64,000 nt of DNA, taken from positions 1,797 to 65,796 of the forward strand of contig DDYN01000039.1 in the NCBI GenBank assembly GCA_002347965.1, written 5' to 3'. The position numbers were made by a program, and so were the translations under genes. Under the pieces are notes generated by a model. It was not told where the DNA came from. It saw only the letters and a list, made by a program, of their open reading frames with translations, and did no database searches. This stretch comes from Nitrospirae bacterium UBA2233. Its GTDB lineage: Bacteria > UBA2233. Positions 39,809 through 50,426 of the stretch are shown piece by piece (positions within the stretch are counted from its first letter, which is position 1; each line of letters starts with the position of its first letter).

Positions 39809-42016
39809 TTACTCCAAGAAGGCTCTAAGGCTCGAAGTATATTTTAAAAAAAGGTCCTCCATGCTCGCCGCGGTGTTTTGGCCGAGCCAAACCTCCGGTT
39901 CCCTGATCACCTTGCCCAGGTAGGAAGGCTTAAGACCGAGCAGGCTGGCCTGCTTTAAGAGTCTAGGCTCTTCGGAAGGCCTGACAACCGCGACAAACCG
40001 GGCGCATCCTTCTCCAAAGCAGCTTACAGGGTCTGAGCAGAACTCAGGATCAAGCTGAATTCCATACATGTCCAGCGGAGCAACCGGCCGATCTGGACGT
40101 TTCGCTTGCTCGAGCAAGCGCTTGACGATAGAGGGAAGCGTTCCACCTCCCCCTGGCGTGATGAGTCGGACCGAATCCGTCCTGAGCGCCGTTGCGAGCG
40201 CGAGAAGGTCCCTGTGGCGCTCGAAATCTGCGGAAATAAGGCCCTCGTCAGCCCATTCTGTAGGCATGAGACGATTCAGCTGAGAACCTTTAAGTACGGG
40301 TCTGCCGTATTCGACGACCCAAACCCTGTCGTCCGGCAGGATGGGTTCTTGATCCACCTCTTCAAGCGGGATTTGCACCTCTCCAACCATGCCAACCACG
40401 GCCGTCGGGAGAATGCTTGTATCCTCGGTTGTGTTATAGAGGCTTACGTTGCCGCTTACGACTGCAATGCCTAGCGCCTCGCAAGCCTCCGCCAGGCCTT
40501 CGATCGTCTCTTTTAGGGCATGCATTATTTTTGGGTCTTCTGGGGTTCCAAAGTTCAAACAGTTGGTCATCCCTACGGCCGTGGCTCCAGAACTGGCCAA
40601 CGCAAGGGAAAGCCATGCGATCAGCTGATGCGCTGCCCCTCTCGGGTCGGACACGGCAAGGAAGGGCCTTGAGCCCGTCACGACGGCAATGGCCGTATCC
40701 TTTGTCGTCGGGTAAACCCGCAGGATGGAGGGGCCAAGCGAAGGGGGAACAAGCGTGCGGATACCAACCTCGTGATCGTACTGCCTGTATATGTCCTCCT
40801 TGGAGCCCACGCTGGGGTGCCCAATCAAGCGTCCAAGGGTTGCTCCGAGCCGCTCGGCGGAAAACGACCCTACGGAGCCGGTCGCTCTCCCTTGCTCCGT
40901 CAAGGGTGGCGCCATGGGGCGGTTTAAGCGAGGGGCGGCCTTTAAGACGCGCAGGTGTGGGAATCGAATCAAGGATTCACCCCTATAGAAGACCTCTATC
41001 TCTTCGCCCTGGACGAGCTCGCCGATCACGGCGGCATCGAGTTCGTACCCCTGGAGAACCTTCAGGACCTCTTCGGCGTTTTCGGGCAAGACAACGTAAA
41101 CCATCCGCTCTTGAGATTCTGAAAGGAGGATCTCCCATGGCTTAAGCCCCTTCATGCGCAAGGGGATGGCGTCTAGGTTGAGCCGAACCCCGATGTTGCC
41201 CTTGTAGGCCATCTCAAAGACGGACGAAACCAACCCAGATGCCCCAAAATCCTGACAGGACAAGGCAAGCCCCCGCCTCGCCAGCGAGAGTGTCGCCTCG
41301 ATCAGGAGTTTCCCCTTGAATGGGTCGCCAACCTGCACCTGCGGGCGTAGTTGCTCCACCCCGACGGAGAACGATTTGGACGCCATCCTGGATCCGTAAA
41401 TTCCATCCGGGCCGGTTTTTTGGCCGGCATACACAATAAGGTTGCCTACCCCTCTAGCCTTTGCGCTCAGCATAGCCTGGCCCGGTTCGAGCACCCCTAC
41501 GGCCATCACGTTGACCAGGCAGTTTGTGTTATAGCCCGCGTCGGAAACAAACATGCCCCCGACCGTAGGGACGCCGACACAATTGCCGTACCAAGCGATG
41601 CCGTCGATGACGCGGGAAGCGAGGTAAGGGGTTCGCCCAAAATCCGGCTCACCAAAAAACAGCGCGTCCAAGAGCGCGATAGGCCTGGCCCCCATGGCGA
41701 AGATGTCCCGGAGTATGCCGCCTACACCCGTGGCCGCCCCCTGAAAGGGCTCGATGAAAGACGGATGGTTGTGGCTCTCCATTTTGAAGACCACGACGGT
41801 TCCATCCTTAAGACGTACTCCTCCCGCGTTTTCATCTATACCCCCAAGGCGGGTTCCGAGCGCATGAAACCGTTCGATCAGGAGCTTTGAGCTCTTGTAG
41901 CTGCAATGCTCGTTCCAAAGCCCCTGGGTGATCGCCTCCTCAAGCACGGTGGGCTCTCTGCAAAGCACGGAGGCAAGCAAGGCCCGTTCTTCCTCCTCGA
42001 GAATCGCTTCGTCCAC
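39809..42016 (-). CDS. purL: Phosphoribosylformylglycinamidine synthase subunit PurL
   Basis: 735 aa; small-PurL architecture. Confidence 0.9.
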   Translation of the reverse strand: MDEAILEEEERALLASVLCREPTVLEEAITQGLWNEHCSYKSSKLLIERFHALGTRLGGIDENAGGVRLKDGTVVVFKMESHNHPSFIEPFQGAATGVGGILRDIFAMGARPIALLDALFFGEPDFGRTPYLASRVIDGIAWYGNCVGVPTVGGMFVSDAGYNTNCLVNVMAVGVLEPGQAMLSAKARGVGNLIVYAGQKTGPDGIYGSRMASKSFSVGVEQLRPQVQVGDPFKGKLLIEATLSLARRGLALSCQDFGASGLVSSVFEMAYKGNIGVRLNLDAIPLRMKGLKPWEILLSESQERMVYVVLPENAEEVLKVLQGYELDAAVIGELVQGEEIEVFYRGESLIRFPHLRVLKAAPRLNRPMAPPLTEQGRATGSVGSFSAERLGATLGRLIGHPSVGSKEDIYRQYDHEVGIRTLVPPSLGPSILRVYPTTKDTAIAVVTGSRPFLAVSDPRGAAHQLIAWLSLALASSGATAVGMTNCLNFGTPEDPKIMHALKETIEGLAEACEALGIAVVSGNVSLYNTTEDTSILPTAVVGMVGEVQIPLEEVDQEPILPDDRVWVVEYGRPVLKGSQLNRLMPTEWADEGLISADFERHRDLLALATALRTDSVRLITPGGGGTLPSIVKRLLEQAKRPDRPVAPLDMYGIQLDPEFCSDPVSCFGEGCARFVAVVRPSEEPRLLKQASLLGLKPSYLGKVIREPEVWLGQNTAASMEDLFLKYTSSLRAFLE

Positions 42017-42043
42017 GGGTATAAACTCCTTCGTGCTCTGAGA

Positions 42044-42742
42044 CTAAGAGGCTTGGCTTATCCAAGAAAGGACGCCTCGAAACAGCACAAGACCATCCTC
42101 GCTTCCCAACAAACGCTCTGCCGCTCTTTCAGGATGAGGCATGAGCCCAACCACGTTCCCCTCCTCGTTTGAAACACCGGCAATTGCCTCGATCGAGCCG
42201 TTCGGGTTGAAGGCATCGTCTTGAGTGCCGTCCGAGCTCACGTACCTAAATAGAATTCGACCGGAGTCGTTCAGGCCCTTTAGGGCCTCTTTTGTGGCAT
42301 AGTAGCTCCCAGAATGGTGCGCGATTGGGAGACTCAAGACCTGCCCCTTACGGGCCGATGCCGTGAGGAAGGACTTTGTCGAATCAACCCTGACGCAGGT
42401 CGGTTTGCACACAAACCGAATCTGACGGTTCTGCATGAGCGCACCCTCAAGCATCCCCGCCTCTAGCAGGATTTGGAATCCGTTGCATATGCCGAGCACC
42501 AGACCCCCCTTCGAGGCAAAATTCTTGATGGCTGCCATGATGGGAGAGTAGCTTGCCAAAGCCCCGGGCCTTAGGTAGTCGCCGTAAGAAAACCCTCCAG
42601 GCAAAACGACCAGGTCTAGCCCCACGAGGCTTGTTTCTGCATGCCAGAGTATTCGCGTAGACCATCCAAGTACATCCTGCACGACGTGCACCACGTCAAG
42701 GTCGCAGTTTGACCCGGGGAATACGACAACGCCAACCCTCAT
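42044..42742 (-). CDS. purQ: Phosphoribosylformylglycinamidine synthase subunit PurQ
   Basis: 232 aa; GATase motifs (GICNGFQ, HPE). Confidence 0.9.
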   Translation of the reverse strand: MRVGVVVFPGSNCDLDVVHVVQDVLGWSTRILWHAETSLVGLDLVVLPGGFSYGDYLRPGALASYSPIMAAIKNFASKGGLVLGICNGFQILLEAGMLEGALMQNRQIRFVCKPTCVRVDSTKSFLTASARKGQVLSLPIAHHSGSYYATKEALKGLNDSGRILFRYVSSDGTQDDAFNPNGSIEAIAGVSNEEGNVVGLMPHPERAAERLLGSEDGLVLFRGVLSWISQAS

Positions 42743-42993
42743 GGTTCCTCACTTTCCACGCGGCACTCTACATCTTCGAGCAATGGGTTGGAAAAGAACG
42801 TTTTCCCTAATTCTTCGAAACGCTCCCTTCTCTCGGCCTCGAAGAGGTCTCCCTCTATCTCGAGCACGACCCTTTTGCCTACGTGAACCCTGGACACCCC
42901 GGGTACACCGATCCTGGCGAGAATCCGCTGAAGGGCCTCTCCTTGAGGGTCGTGGAGGTCAGGCTTGGGGGTTATGTTGTAGAAGAGCTTCAC
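42739..42993 (-). CDS. purS: Phosphoribosylformylglycinamidine synthase subunit PurS
   Basis: 84 aa; overlaps purQ and purC by 4 nt each. Confidence 0.85.
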   Translation of the reverse strand: MKLFYNITPKPDLHDPQGEALQRILARIGVPGVSRVHVGKRVVLEIEGDLFEAERRERFEELGKTFFSNPLLEDVECRVESEEP

Positions 42994-43727
42994 AGCGAAA
43001 CTTCCTCGGGAAAATCCGGGAACAGCCGGTTCACGACCTCAAGGTAAGCCTCTTCGACCTTTCCTAAGTCCCTACGAAAACGGTCCTTGTCGAGCTTTTC
43101 GAGCGTTGTCGCATCCCATAACCTGCAACCATCCGGGGTAATTTCATCAGCCAATAGAATTTGTCCATCTGCACGGCCAAACTCGAGCTTAAAATCCACG
43201 AGTAGGATGCTCGCCTTCTGGAACATCTCCAAAAGTAGTTCGTTGACGATCAGCGCCTTCTCTTTGATGGCTTCAAACTCGTCTTCGGTCGCAAGCCCAT
43301 CGGCCAGAATAAAATCCTCCGAGATCATCGGGTCGTCCAGCGAGTCGCTTTTAAAGAAGTATTCCCTCACGGGCTTCCTGAGCGGTGCCCCCTCTTCCCG
43401 CCCCATCCGTTTGGCAAGCGAGCCCGCAACGCGGTTCCTGACGACCACCTCGACGGGGACGATTTCGACCTTCTTCACCATCAACTCCCTGTCGGAGACT
43501 CGCTCCAAAAAATGCGTAGGGATTCCACGGCCTTCGAGGTAGCTAAAGACCTTGGCGGTTATGTAGGCGTTGATAGTACCCTTATTCGCGATAACGCCCC
43601 GCTTCTTCGCGTTGAACGCGGTTGCATCGTCTCGAAAGTAAAGAATAAGCCGGTCTGGCATGTCTGTTTCGTGAACAACCTTTGCTTTTCCGGTGTAAAG
43701 AGCTCGTCCTTTTTGCATGGCTTCCAC
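42990..43727 (-). CDS. purC: SAICAR synthetase
   Basis: 245 aa; LYTGKAKVV N-terminal motif. Confidence 0.9.
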   Translation of the reverse strand: MEAMQKGRALYTGKAKVVHETDMPDRLILYFRDDATAFNAKKRGVIANKGTINAYITAKVFSYLEGRGIPTHFLERVSDRELMVKKVEIVPVEVVVRNRVAGSLAKRMGREEGAPLRKPVREYFFKSDSLDDPMISEDFILADGLATEDEFEAIKEKALIVNELLLEMFQKASILLVDFKLEFGRADGQILLADEITPDGCRLWDATTLEKLDKDRFRRDLGKVEEAYLEVVNRLFPDFPEEVSL

Positions 43728-43745
43728 CTCGCATTGATAAAAAGG

Positions 43746-45050
43746 CTAATCTTTAGTAGAAGGGCCCAAACAACGCTCATAAACGGTATCTACGTGCTTA
43801 AGGTACGGCTCCCAAGAAAAGAGCCCCTCAAGCTCCTTGTCGGAAAGCACCTCGCGCACGTTTTGATCTTGTGCGATGCGCTCCTTGAAGGAGCCGCCGT
43901 TTGAAAACGCATCGAGAGCCGCCTTCTGTACGGCCTCGTAGGCTTTTGTCCTCGTCATACCCCTTTCGGTCAACGCAAGGAGGATGCGCTGGGAATAGAC
44001 CATCCCCCCCAAGGCCTCAAGGTTGTGCAGCATCTTGCCCTTATGAACGACAAGCCCATCTAGAATGAACACAAGCCGGTAGAGCATAAAATCGGCCAGG
44101 ACGAGAGCATCCTCGCCGATCACACGTTCGACACTCGAGTGCGAGATGTCCCTCTCGTGCCAAAGAACGACATCCTCCAAGGCTGGGCCTACGTAGCTTC
44201 GCATGAGCCTTGCCAGACCACAAAGGTTTTCGCACAGGATAGGGTTCTTCTTGTGCGGCATGGCCGAAGAGCCGCGTTGGCCTCTTGCGAAGGGCTCTTC
44301 AACCTCTAGCACCTCCGTGCGCTGAAGGTGACGGATCTCGAGCACGATACGCTCGATCCCCGCGGCAAGCAAGGCCAACTGGAGAAACAAATGCGCATGC
44401 CGGTCCCGTGGGACGACTTGCGTCGATAGGGGCTCTGGCTTTAGGCCTACCTTCTTGAGCGCGCGTGCTTCAACCTCGGGAGGAAGGTGGGCATACGTCC
44501 CGACCGCTCCAGAGATCTTTCCGTAGGCAAGCTGCTCCCTGGCCTCTTCAAGCCTTCCAATGTTGCGCTCTAGCTCTTTGTACCAAGACAGCACCTTAAG
44601 CCCGAAGCTGTAGGGCTCTGCATGAACCCCGTGGGTCCTGCCAACCATGACCGTGTCTTTATGTTCGAGCGCAAGACGCCTTAAAGAATCGAACGCTCTC
44701 TTTGCCCCGCAAAGGACAAGGTCGAGCGCATCGAGCAACTGGCATGCAAACGCTGAGTCAACCACGTCCGAGGATGTCATGCCGTAATGGAGTAAGTGCC
44801 CGTGCATTGGCATGCGTGCCGCGGCGTATTCGATAAAAGCGATGAGATCGTGGCCGCGCTCTTTTTCTATCTCAAGAATCTCTTGGACGTCGATTAAAAC
44901 TGCCCTTAGCTCAGACGCTGCTCCGTCAGGGACTATCCCTAACTCTTCCATTGCCTCAAGGGATGCCGCCTCGATGCGCTGCCAGTAGGCATAGCGAGAG
45001 GAAAGCGAGAAAATTCCGCTTGCTTCTTTCCGTGCGTACCTTTCAATCAT
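43746..45050 (-). CDS. purB: Adenylosuccinate lyase
   Basis: 434 aa; lyase-1 signature GSSAMPHKKNP. Confidence 0.9.
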   Translation of the reverse strand: MIERYARKEASGIFSLSSRYAYWQRIEAASLEAMEELGIVPDGAASELRAVLIDVQEILEIEKERGHDLIAFIEYAAARMPMHGHLLHYGMTSSDVVDSAFACQLLDALDLVLCGAKRAFDSLRRLALEHKDTVMVGRTHGVHAEPYSFGLKVLSWYKELERNIGRLEEAREQLAYGKISGAVGTYAHLPPEVEARALKKVGLKPEPLSTQVVPRDRHAHLFLQLALLAAGIERIVLEIRHLQRTEVLEVEEPFARGQRGSSAMPHKKNPILCENLCGLARLMRSYVGPALEDVVLWHERDISHSSVERVIGEDALVLADFMLYRLVFILDGLVVHKGKMLHNLEALGGMVYSQRILLALTERGMTRTKAYEAVQKAALDAFSNGGSFKERIAQDQNVREVLSDKELEGLFSWEPYLKHVDTVYERCLGPSTKD

Positions 45051-45148
45051 GCCTGCCCCTTGGCCATGAACGTGCCATTTTTACAAAAAACACCTGCAAC
45101 AAAAACACCAAGACAAAGCGGTAGATGGGCCTGGTTTTCCGCGTTCAT
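45047..45148 (-). other. Candidate 33-aa upstream ORF (MNAENQAHLPLCLGVFVAGVFCKNGTFMAKGQA), translationally coupled to purB
   Basis: Translated by hand. SD GAAGGAG lies 5 nt before its ATG; its TGA overlaps the purB ATG (GCATGATT); hydrophobic core. Too short for the ORF track. Confidence 0.35.
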
Positions 45149-45207
45149 TCCTGCTCCTTCAAGACCCTAGAGAGGCTATGGCCTAAAAACCAGCGCCTCT
45201 TCGACCG

Positions 45208-46326
45208 TTAGACGGGCTTGTAGGATAGGACGGTTCGAATGGAACGGCCTTGGTGCAGCATGTCGAACGCTTCGTTTATCTTCTCGATGGGAAGCTCATG
45301 CGTTACGAGTTCATCCACAAGAATTTTGCCGGACATATACCAGTCGACAATCTTTGGGACATCCGTCCTCCCCCTTGCCCCCCCAAAGGCCGAGCCCTTC
45401 CATGTCCTCCCCGTCACAAGCATGAAAGGCCTGGTTGAAATTTCCTCGCCCGCACCGGCAACCCCGATAACGATGGATGCCCCCCATCCTTTGTGGCAGC
45501 AGCCGAGTGCTTGAGCCATAACCTTTACGTTTCCGATGCATTCAAAGCTGAAATCCGCCCCGCCCTTCGTAAGATGGATCAGGTACTGGACGAGGTCTTT
45601 TCCCAAATCGGAGGGATTCACAAAGTCTGTCATGCCGAAGCGTTCGGCAATCTCCTTTTTGGCCGGGTTTATGTCCACGCCCACGATTTGCTCCGCCCCA
45701 CAAAGCCTTGCCCCTTGAATAACGTTAAGGCCAATACAGCCAAGCCCGAAGACGACGACCCGGTCGCCGGGGCGAACCTTGGCCGTGAATACCGCAGCTC
45801 CTACGCCCGTAGTTACGCCACAGCCGATTAGGCAGATTTTATCGAAAGGGGCATCCTCGCGTACCTTTGCCACCGAGATCTCGGGCAGGACGATGAAATT
45901 CGCGAACGTCGAGGTTCCCATGTAATGGTAGATTGGCTTGCCCGATAAGGAAAAACGCGAAGTTCCGTCGGGCATGAGGCCCTTGCCCTGCGTTTCTCTT
46001 ATCGCTTGACAGAGGTTTGTCTTTTGAGAAAGGCAGTATTCGCACTCCCTGCACTCAGGCGTATACAAAGGAATCACATGATCATCCCTTTTTACGCTCC
46101 TCACGCCTTTGCCTACCTCAACAACAACACCGGCGCCCTCATGGCCTAGAATGGAAGGAAACACCCCTTCGGGGTCCTTGCCGGAGAGCGTATAGGCGTC
46201 GGTATGGCATACGCCCGTTGCCTTGACCTCGATAAGCACCTCCCCTTCTTTGGGGCCTTCCAACTCCACCGTCTCGATTTGTAGGGGCTTGTTTGGCTCG
46301 TGGGCGACCGCAGCCTTTACGCGCAT
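45208..46326 (-). CDS. adhC: Class III alcohol dehydrogenase / S-(hydroxymethyl)glutathione dehydrogenase
   Basis: About 372 aa; GHEGAGVV, catalytic and structural Zn Cys ligands (CHTD, CRECEYC), Rossmann GLGCIG. Confidence 0.85.
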   Translation of the reverse strand: MRVKAAVAHEPNKPLQIETVELEGPKEGEVLIEVKATGVCHTDAYTLSGKDPEGVFPSILGHEGAGVVVEVGKGVRSVKRDDHVIPLYTPECRECEYCLSQKTNLCQAIRETQGKGLMPDGTSRFSLSGKPIYHYMGTSTFANFIVLPEISVAKVREDAPFDKICLIGCGVTTGVGAAVFTAKVRPGDRVVVFGLGCIGLNVIQGARLCGAEQIVGVDINPAKKEIAERFGMTDFVNPSDLGKDLVQYLIHLTKGGADFSFECIGNVKVMAQALGCCHKGWGASIVIGVAGAGEEISTRPFMLVTGRTWKGSAFGGARGRTDVPKIVDWYMSGKILVDELVTHELPIEKINEAFDMLHQGRSIRTVLSYKPV

Positions 46327-46339
46327 CGAGTAACCTCCG

Positions 46340-47524
46340 TTAAAAGAAGCTCGCAAGAACTTCGTTGGAGACAAGGTATCCTTTGGGGGTGAACCTCAGC
46401 CGCTTTTTAGATAGTTCGAGCACTCCGGCACTCATAAAACGCTCGAGTACTCCGGCGTGCTCCTTAAGAATATCCCAACCGTACAAGAAAAAAAAGGACT
46501 CAAGGTCTACTCCTTCCGTCTTGCGCATCCCCATCATGAACGCTTCTTTTCGGCGATCCTCCAGGCTCATTCGGATTGATCCAGCCCTCGCGTTTCTTTT
46601 CGTACCCACTGCCCCAAGGTAAGCAATGGGACCCGTTACGTTCCAAAACCGCTCCTCGATGGTGTAAGAATGGGCGCTTGAGCCAAACCCGATGTAGGGC
46701 TCATCCGAGAAGTATTTTAGGTTGTGGCGGCTGGCATACCCAGGAAGGCAAAAGTTGGAGATTTCGTAGTGCACGTAGCCTTGGAGGCTTGCACGCTCGA
46801 GAAGCCTTTCGTACATTTTCGCCGTAACGCGCTCTTTGGGGAACAAGGCGGAGACCCGCTCTTTAGACCACGCCGCCCCTTCGTGGACATCCAGAATATA
46901 GGCCGAAAAATGCTCTGGCTTTAGGGCAAAAAGGACGTTTAGGGTCTCTTCCCATCGTTGCAAGGTTTGGTGAGGAAGCCCAAGAATGAGGTCTATGCCG
47001 ATATTCCTAAAGCCAGCCTTCCGTAATAGAGCAAGCGCCTTGAGGGTATCCTTTGCGTTGTGCCTTCTACCCATGAAGCTCAGCTCATCGTCATGAAACG
47101 ACTGCGCTCCAACGCTGACCCGGTTGATGCCTGCCCCGGCCCAAGCATCGGCCGCTGCGGGAGTGATCGTTTCCGGGTTGGCCTCGAGGGTTATTTCGCA
47201 GGCATCGACCGTGAAACGCTCCCTTATGGTCCTCAAGATTTTTCCAAGCTCAGGAGGGGCGAGGAGCGACGGTGTCCCTCCCCCGAAATACACCGTGTTG
47301 ACCTTAACCCTTTTCGAGTTGCCTATTTCGACGCAGAGGCCTTCCACGTAGCGCGCTCGAACATCTTCTGGAAATGGCGCCGAATCAAAATCGCAATAGG
47401 CGCATTTTGAGAGGCAAAAGGGAATATGGATATAAAGGCCTGCGGGGGTTTCTCGCGGGCATCCCTGAATGTTTGGCAGCTTTCGTTTTTCCATAGTCAC
47501 GATAGCACCGGTGCCGACAAACAC
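46340..47524 (-). CDS. hemW: Radical-SAM heme chaperone HemW (HemN family)
   Basis: 394 aa; CxxxCxxC in [15 protein letters not shown]; HemN-like C-terminal domain. Confidence 0.8.
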   Translation of the reverse strand: MFVGTGAIVTMEKRKLPNIQGCPRETPAGLYIHIPFCLSKCAYCDFDSAPFPEDVRARYVEGLCVEIGNSKRVKVNTVYFGGGTPSLLAPPELGKILRTIRERFTVDACEITLEANPETITPAAADAWAGAGINRVSVGAQSFHDDELSFMGRRHNAKDTLKALALLRKAGFRNIGIDLILGLPHQTLQRWEETLNVLFALKPEHFSAYILDVHEGAAWSKERVSALFPKERVTAKMYERLLERASLQGYVHYEISNFCLPGYASRHNLKYFSDEPYIGFGSSAHSYTIEERFWNVTGPIAYLGAVGTKRNARAGSIRMSLEDRRKEAFMMGMRKTEGVDLESFFFLYGWDILKEHAGVLERFMSAGVLELSKKRLRFTPKGYLVSNEVLASFF

Positions 47525-47619
47525 CTAGGCTTTGAGCTTGGCCTTTTCTACGTACATGATAAAATCAAGGGTATGAAGCTTGAACGCCATACCGACACAA
47601 AGAGGAAAGAAAAGAGCAG

Positions 47620-48192
47620 ATGAGGGTTCAGAGTTCGTTCGATAGCCTGATAGACCTTGCCAGGCATCACAAGCAAACGTTTGGCCGTCAGGTGAACGCC
47701 GAAATCTACAGACCAACGGAAAACCAGATCCTTGCCGTTGTAAGGATGCACGACGACTACCATGACATGCGCCTTGCCATGCTCATAGGCGCCAAATCGC
47801 TCACAATCGAGGGGATCGACGCCCGAATGGACCGTATTCCTTACCCTATCTGCGAACAAGCGATCGCCTCGCTTGAGTCTATCAAGGGATTGTACATCTT
47901 CAAGCGAGGCATTCTTAAAGAGATCAAAACGTTGATCCCGCGGGCCTACGGCTGTACCCATCTAGGCGAGCTTATCGAGGCGGGCCTACGTTCGCTGTTT
48001 GCGGAGATAGAGCCTTCCATGCTTCAAGAATACAAAGAACAAATCTCGTCCCTCTCCTTAGAGGAAAAGCGCCACCTGTTTATGCGGCACGAAACATTGC
48101 AGAATACCTGCGTAGCATTCAGCACCGACAACCAAGACCCAAACATAGCAAGCTCCGCAGGGAAGGCCTTAGAGGTATTGCTCAAGAAATAA
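47620..48192 (+). CDS. Hypothetical protein (DUF; conserved HDDYHDM and GCTHL motifs)
   Basis: 190 aa with a good RBS (GAGGAAAG). I could not assign a family from memory. Confidence 0.55.
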   Translation: MRVQSSFDSLIDLARHHKQTFGRQVNAEIYRPTENQILAVVRMHDDYHDMRLAMLIGAKSLTIEGIDARMDRIPYPICEQAIASLESIKGLYIFKRGILKEIKTLIPRAYGCTHLGELIEAGLRSLFAEIEPSMLQEYKEQISSLSLEEKRHLFMRHETLQNTCVAFSTDNQDPNIASSAGKALEVLLKK

Positions 48193-48200
48193 TTAAGGGG

Positions 48201-49256
48201 TTACGACGAGTCTGAGGTAGAAACTCTAAGCTCCAAAAGAACCTCTTCCATTAACCCCTCGAGAAGCCCCGCGTCGGACACGACAATCCCGGGCTTTCGG
48301 AATGCCTTGACGGCCTCGATCACGAGCAGAGCGCCAGCGACAATCACGTCCTCCCTGCCAGGTTTGAGACCTCGGATCGCAAGACGATCTTTTGAGGGAA
48401 GCCTGATAAGCTGCTCAAAGACGGTCTCCAGCCTTTGCTCGGTCAGGATATAATTCTGGATCAACAGGGGGTTGTAATCCGCCAAGGCCATGTCGATCTG
48501 GGCGAGCGTAGTGAGCGTACCCGCCGTTCCGATGAGCTGTCCTTTTTTCTTCAAGCCTCCGGTACACCCCGAGGAATAGAGAATCGCTTGAAGGCGGTTT
48601 AGGTGCTCTTGAAGATACTCGCGGAGCCCTTGGATGTCTTGGGGCGTGGGAGGGTCAAAAATTAAGAAGCGCTCCCGCAACAAAACACTTCCGAGCTCCA
48701 GACTTACCATAAACGTGGGCTTCAAGGGGGTTTCGGCGTAGATAAACTCCACGCTAAACCCGCCCACGTCGAGGATCAGGATCGGGTAGCTAATCGGGCT
48801 GCTCGTTGTCGATATGACCCCTTCGTACGTAAGAAGCGCCTCCTTCTTGGGGTCAATGATTTCAAGCGCAATGCTGGCTTCTTGCTTAGCGCGCTCGACA
48901 AAGTCCTGCCGGTTGACCGCACGCCTTAAAACACCCGTTCCCACGGCTTTATAATGGACTACCCCGAGCTCATCCATGACGACCCGGAATTGCTTAAGGG
49001 CGTCGATGGAGCGTTCCATCGCTTCCTTGGTTAGCCCGAAAGAAGGGCTAAACCCGCCGGAAAGCCTCGTGATGACCTGCCGAGAAGCAAGCCTTTTGGG
49101 CCTGACGATACCTTCCAGCGGAACTTCGCACACCAAGATACGAAATGCGTTGGAGCCAACGTCCAGCGCGGCAACAATCTGCTTCGAAGACTCAGAAAGT
49201 TCTGTCTTCACCGTAGCTCCCTGAAGGCAATGCCCAAAACTCTTCCATACTAGCAA
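48201..49256 (-). CDS. ppx: Ppx/GppA-family exopolyphosphatase / pppGpp phosphohydrolase
   Basis: 351 aa; ASKHD-fold motifs ([22 protein letters not shown]). Confidence 0.8.
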   Translation of the reverse strand: MLVWKSFGHCLQGATVKTELSESSKQIVAALDVGSNAFRILVCEVPLEGIVRPKRLASRQVITRLSGGFSPSFGLTKEAMERSIDALKQFRVVMDELGVVHYKAVGTGVLRRAVNRQDFVERAKQEASIALEIIDPKKEALLTYEGVISTTSSPISYPILILDVGGFSVEFIYAETPLKPTFMVSLELGSVLLRERFLIFDPPTPQDIQGLREYLQEHLNRLQAILYSSGCTGGLKKKGQLIGTAGTLTTLAQIDMALADYNPLLIQNYILTEQRLETVFEQLIRLPSKDRLAIRGLKPGREDVIVAGALLVIEAVKAFRKPGIVVSDAGLLEGLMEEVLLELRVSTSDSS

Positions 49257-49304
49257 GGCTTTGACGAGGAATCAAGGAAGCGGCCGTCGTATTGCCAGGC
49301 CCGC

Positions 49305-50426
49305 ATGCTTCGATTAGAATACCAATATTCAGTCGAGCCAACCAAAAAAAGAAAGCCGATAAATCTCGTGACTCCTCCAAGCGTCTCTGGCGCCACCTCC
49401 GCATGGAAGTGCAAACCTTCCGACCCAAAAAAGCCTGTCCCGTGTGTAGACATCATCGTCGAACGCGCTGGCGATGTGCTCTTGATCGAGCGCGCCAATC
49501 CCCCCTACGGATACGCCCTACCGGGCGGGTTCGTTGATTACGGGGAAAGCCTCGAGCAAGCGGCGGCCAGGGAGCTTGAAGAGGAAACGGGCCTTCAAGC
49601 CGTCTGGATGGAGCAGTTCAAGGCCTATTCAGACCCAAAACGAGACCCGAGGTTTCATACGCTCTCCGTCGTGTTCCTAGCACAAACCAAAGGAAACCCC
49701 AAAGCGCAAGATGACGCCAAGGCGCTCGGCTTCTATTCGCTTCATTCCCTGCCTACGCTGTGTTTCGACCACGGCCAGATTCTGGGCGATTACATAGAGG
49801 CCAAAAACAGGGGTCTGCTCAAAGCATTCCAAGAGCGTCAGGTTACGAGGCTTTCCGAAATGCCGAACAGCGCCAGGGAATACCTTATTTCCCTCGCAAA
49901 ACAAGCAATTTCCCATGCATTACGCCATGGAACCTCGAAGCAGCCTGTAGCGATCGATCTTCCTGATGAAGCGCTCCTCTATGTACAGCCTTGCGGCGTA
50001 TTCGTTAGCCTAGAGGTCGACGGAGTACTTCGTGGATGCATTGGATCCTTGGAAAACCCCTCAAAGCCGCTGTACGAGCTAGTCTGGTCTATGGCCATCC
50101 AAGCGGCCTTCTTCGACCCGCGTTTTCAGCCGCTGGATGCCAACGAGTTGCCCAAGCTCACCGTGGAGATTTCTGTCCTTACACCGCCTGTCTCGGTCAA
50201 AGACGTGACCTCTATCGAGATCGGCAAACACGGGCTTATCCTCGAAAACGGCCCCCAAAGAGGCCTGCTGCTCCCTCAGGTGGCGGCAGACCTCCACCTT
50301 GACCCGGTGGGCTTTCTGGAGGTAGTCTCTACTAAGGCAGGCCTCGAAAAAGACGCTTGGAAAGCCTTTGAGACCAAGGTCGCGACGTTCGAAGCCTACA
50401 TTCTTAAAGAAGAGCAGAATTCGTAG
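49305..50426 (+). CDS. NUDIX hydrolase fused to a C-terminal AMMECR1 domain
   Basis: Single 373-aa ORF. Nudix box [24 protein letters not shown] and an ADPRase-like LCFDHGQIL at aa 45-175; AMMECR1 hallmark [12 protein letters not shown] plus [10 protein letters not shown] at aa 190-373. Exact start is uncertain. Confidence 0.75.
   Translation: MLRLEYQYSVEPTKKRKPINLVTPPSVSGATSAWKCKPSDPKKPVPCVDIIVERAGDVLLIERANPPYGYALPGGFVDYGESLEQAAARELEEETGLQAVWMEQFKAYSDPKRDPRFHTLSVVFLAQTKGNPKAQDDAKALGFYSLHSLPTLCFDHGQILGDYIEAKNRGLLKAFQERQVTRLSEMPNSAREYLISLAKQAISHALRHGTSKQPVAIDLPDEALLYVQPCGVFVSLEVDGVLRGCIGSLENPSKPLYELVWSMAIQAAFFDPRFQPLDANELPKLTVEISVLTPPVSVKDVTSIEIGKHGLILENGPQRGLLLPQVAADLHLDPVGFLEVVSTKAGLEKDAWKAFETKVATFEAYILKEEQNS

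Noticed and set aside
40417-41145. 242-aa Arg/Pro-rich plus-strand ORF inside purL; similar antisense ORFs inside infB, nusA, aspC (50700..51119), the HMGCS-like gene (55339..55851) and GH31
   Set aside because: Typical GC-rich antisense open frames with biased Arg/Pro/Ala composition; they overlap well-supported genes.
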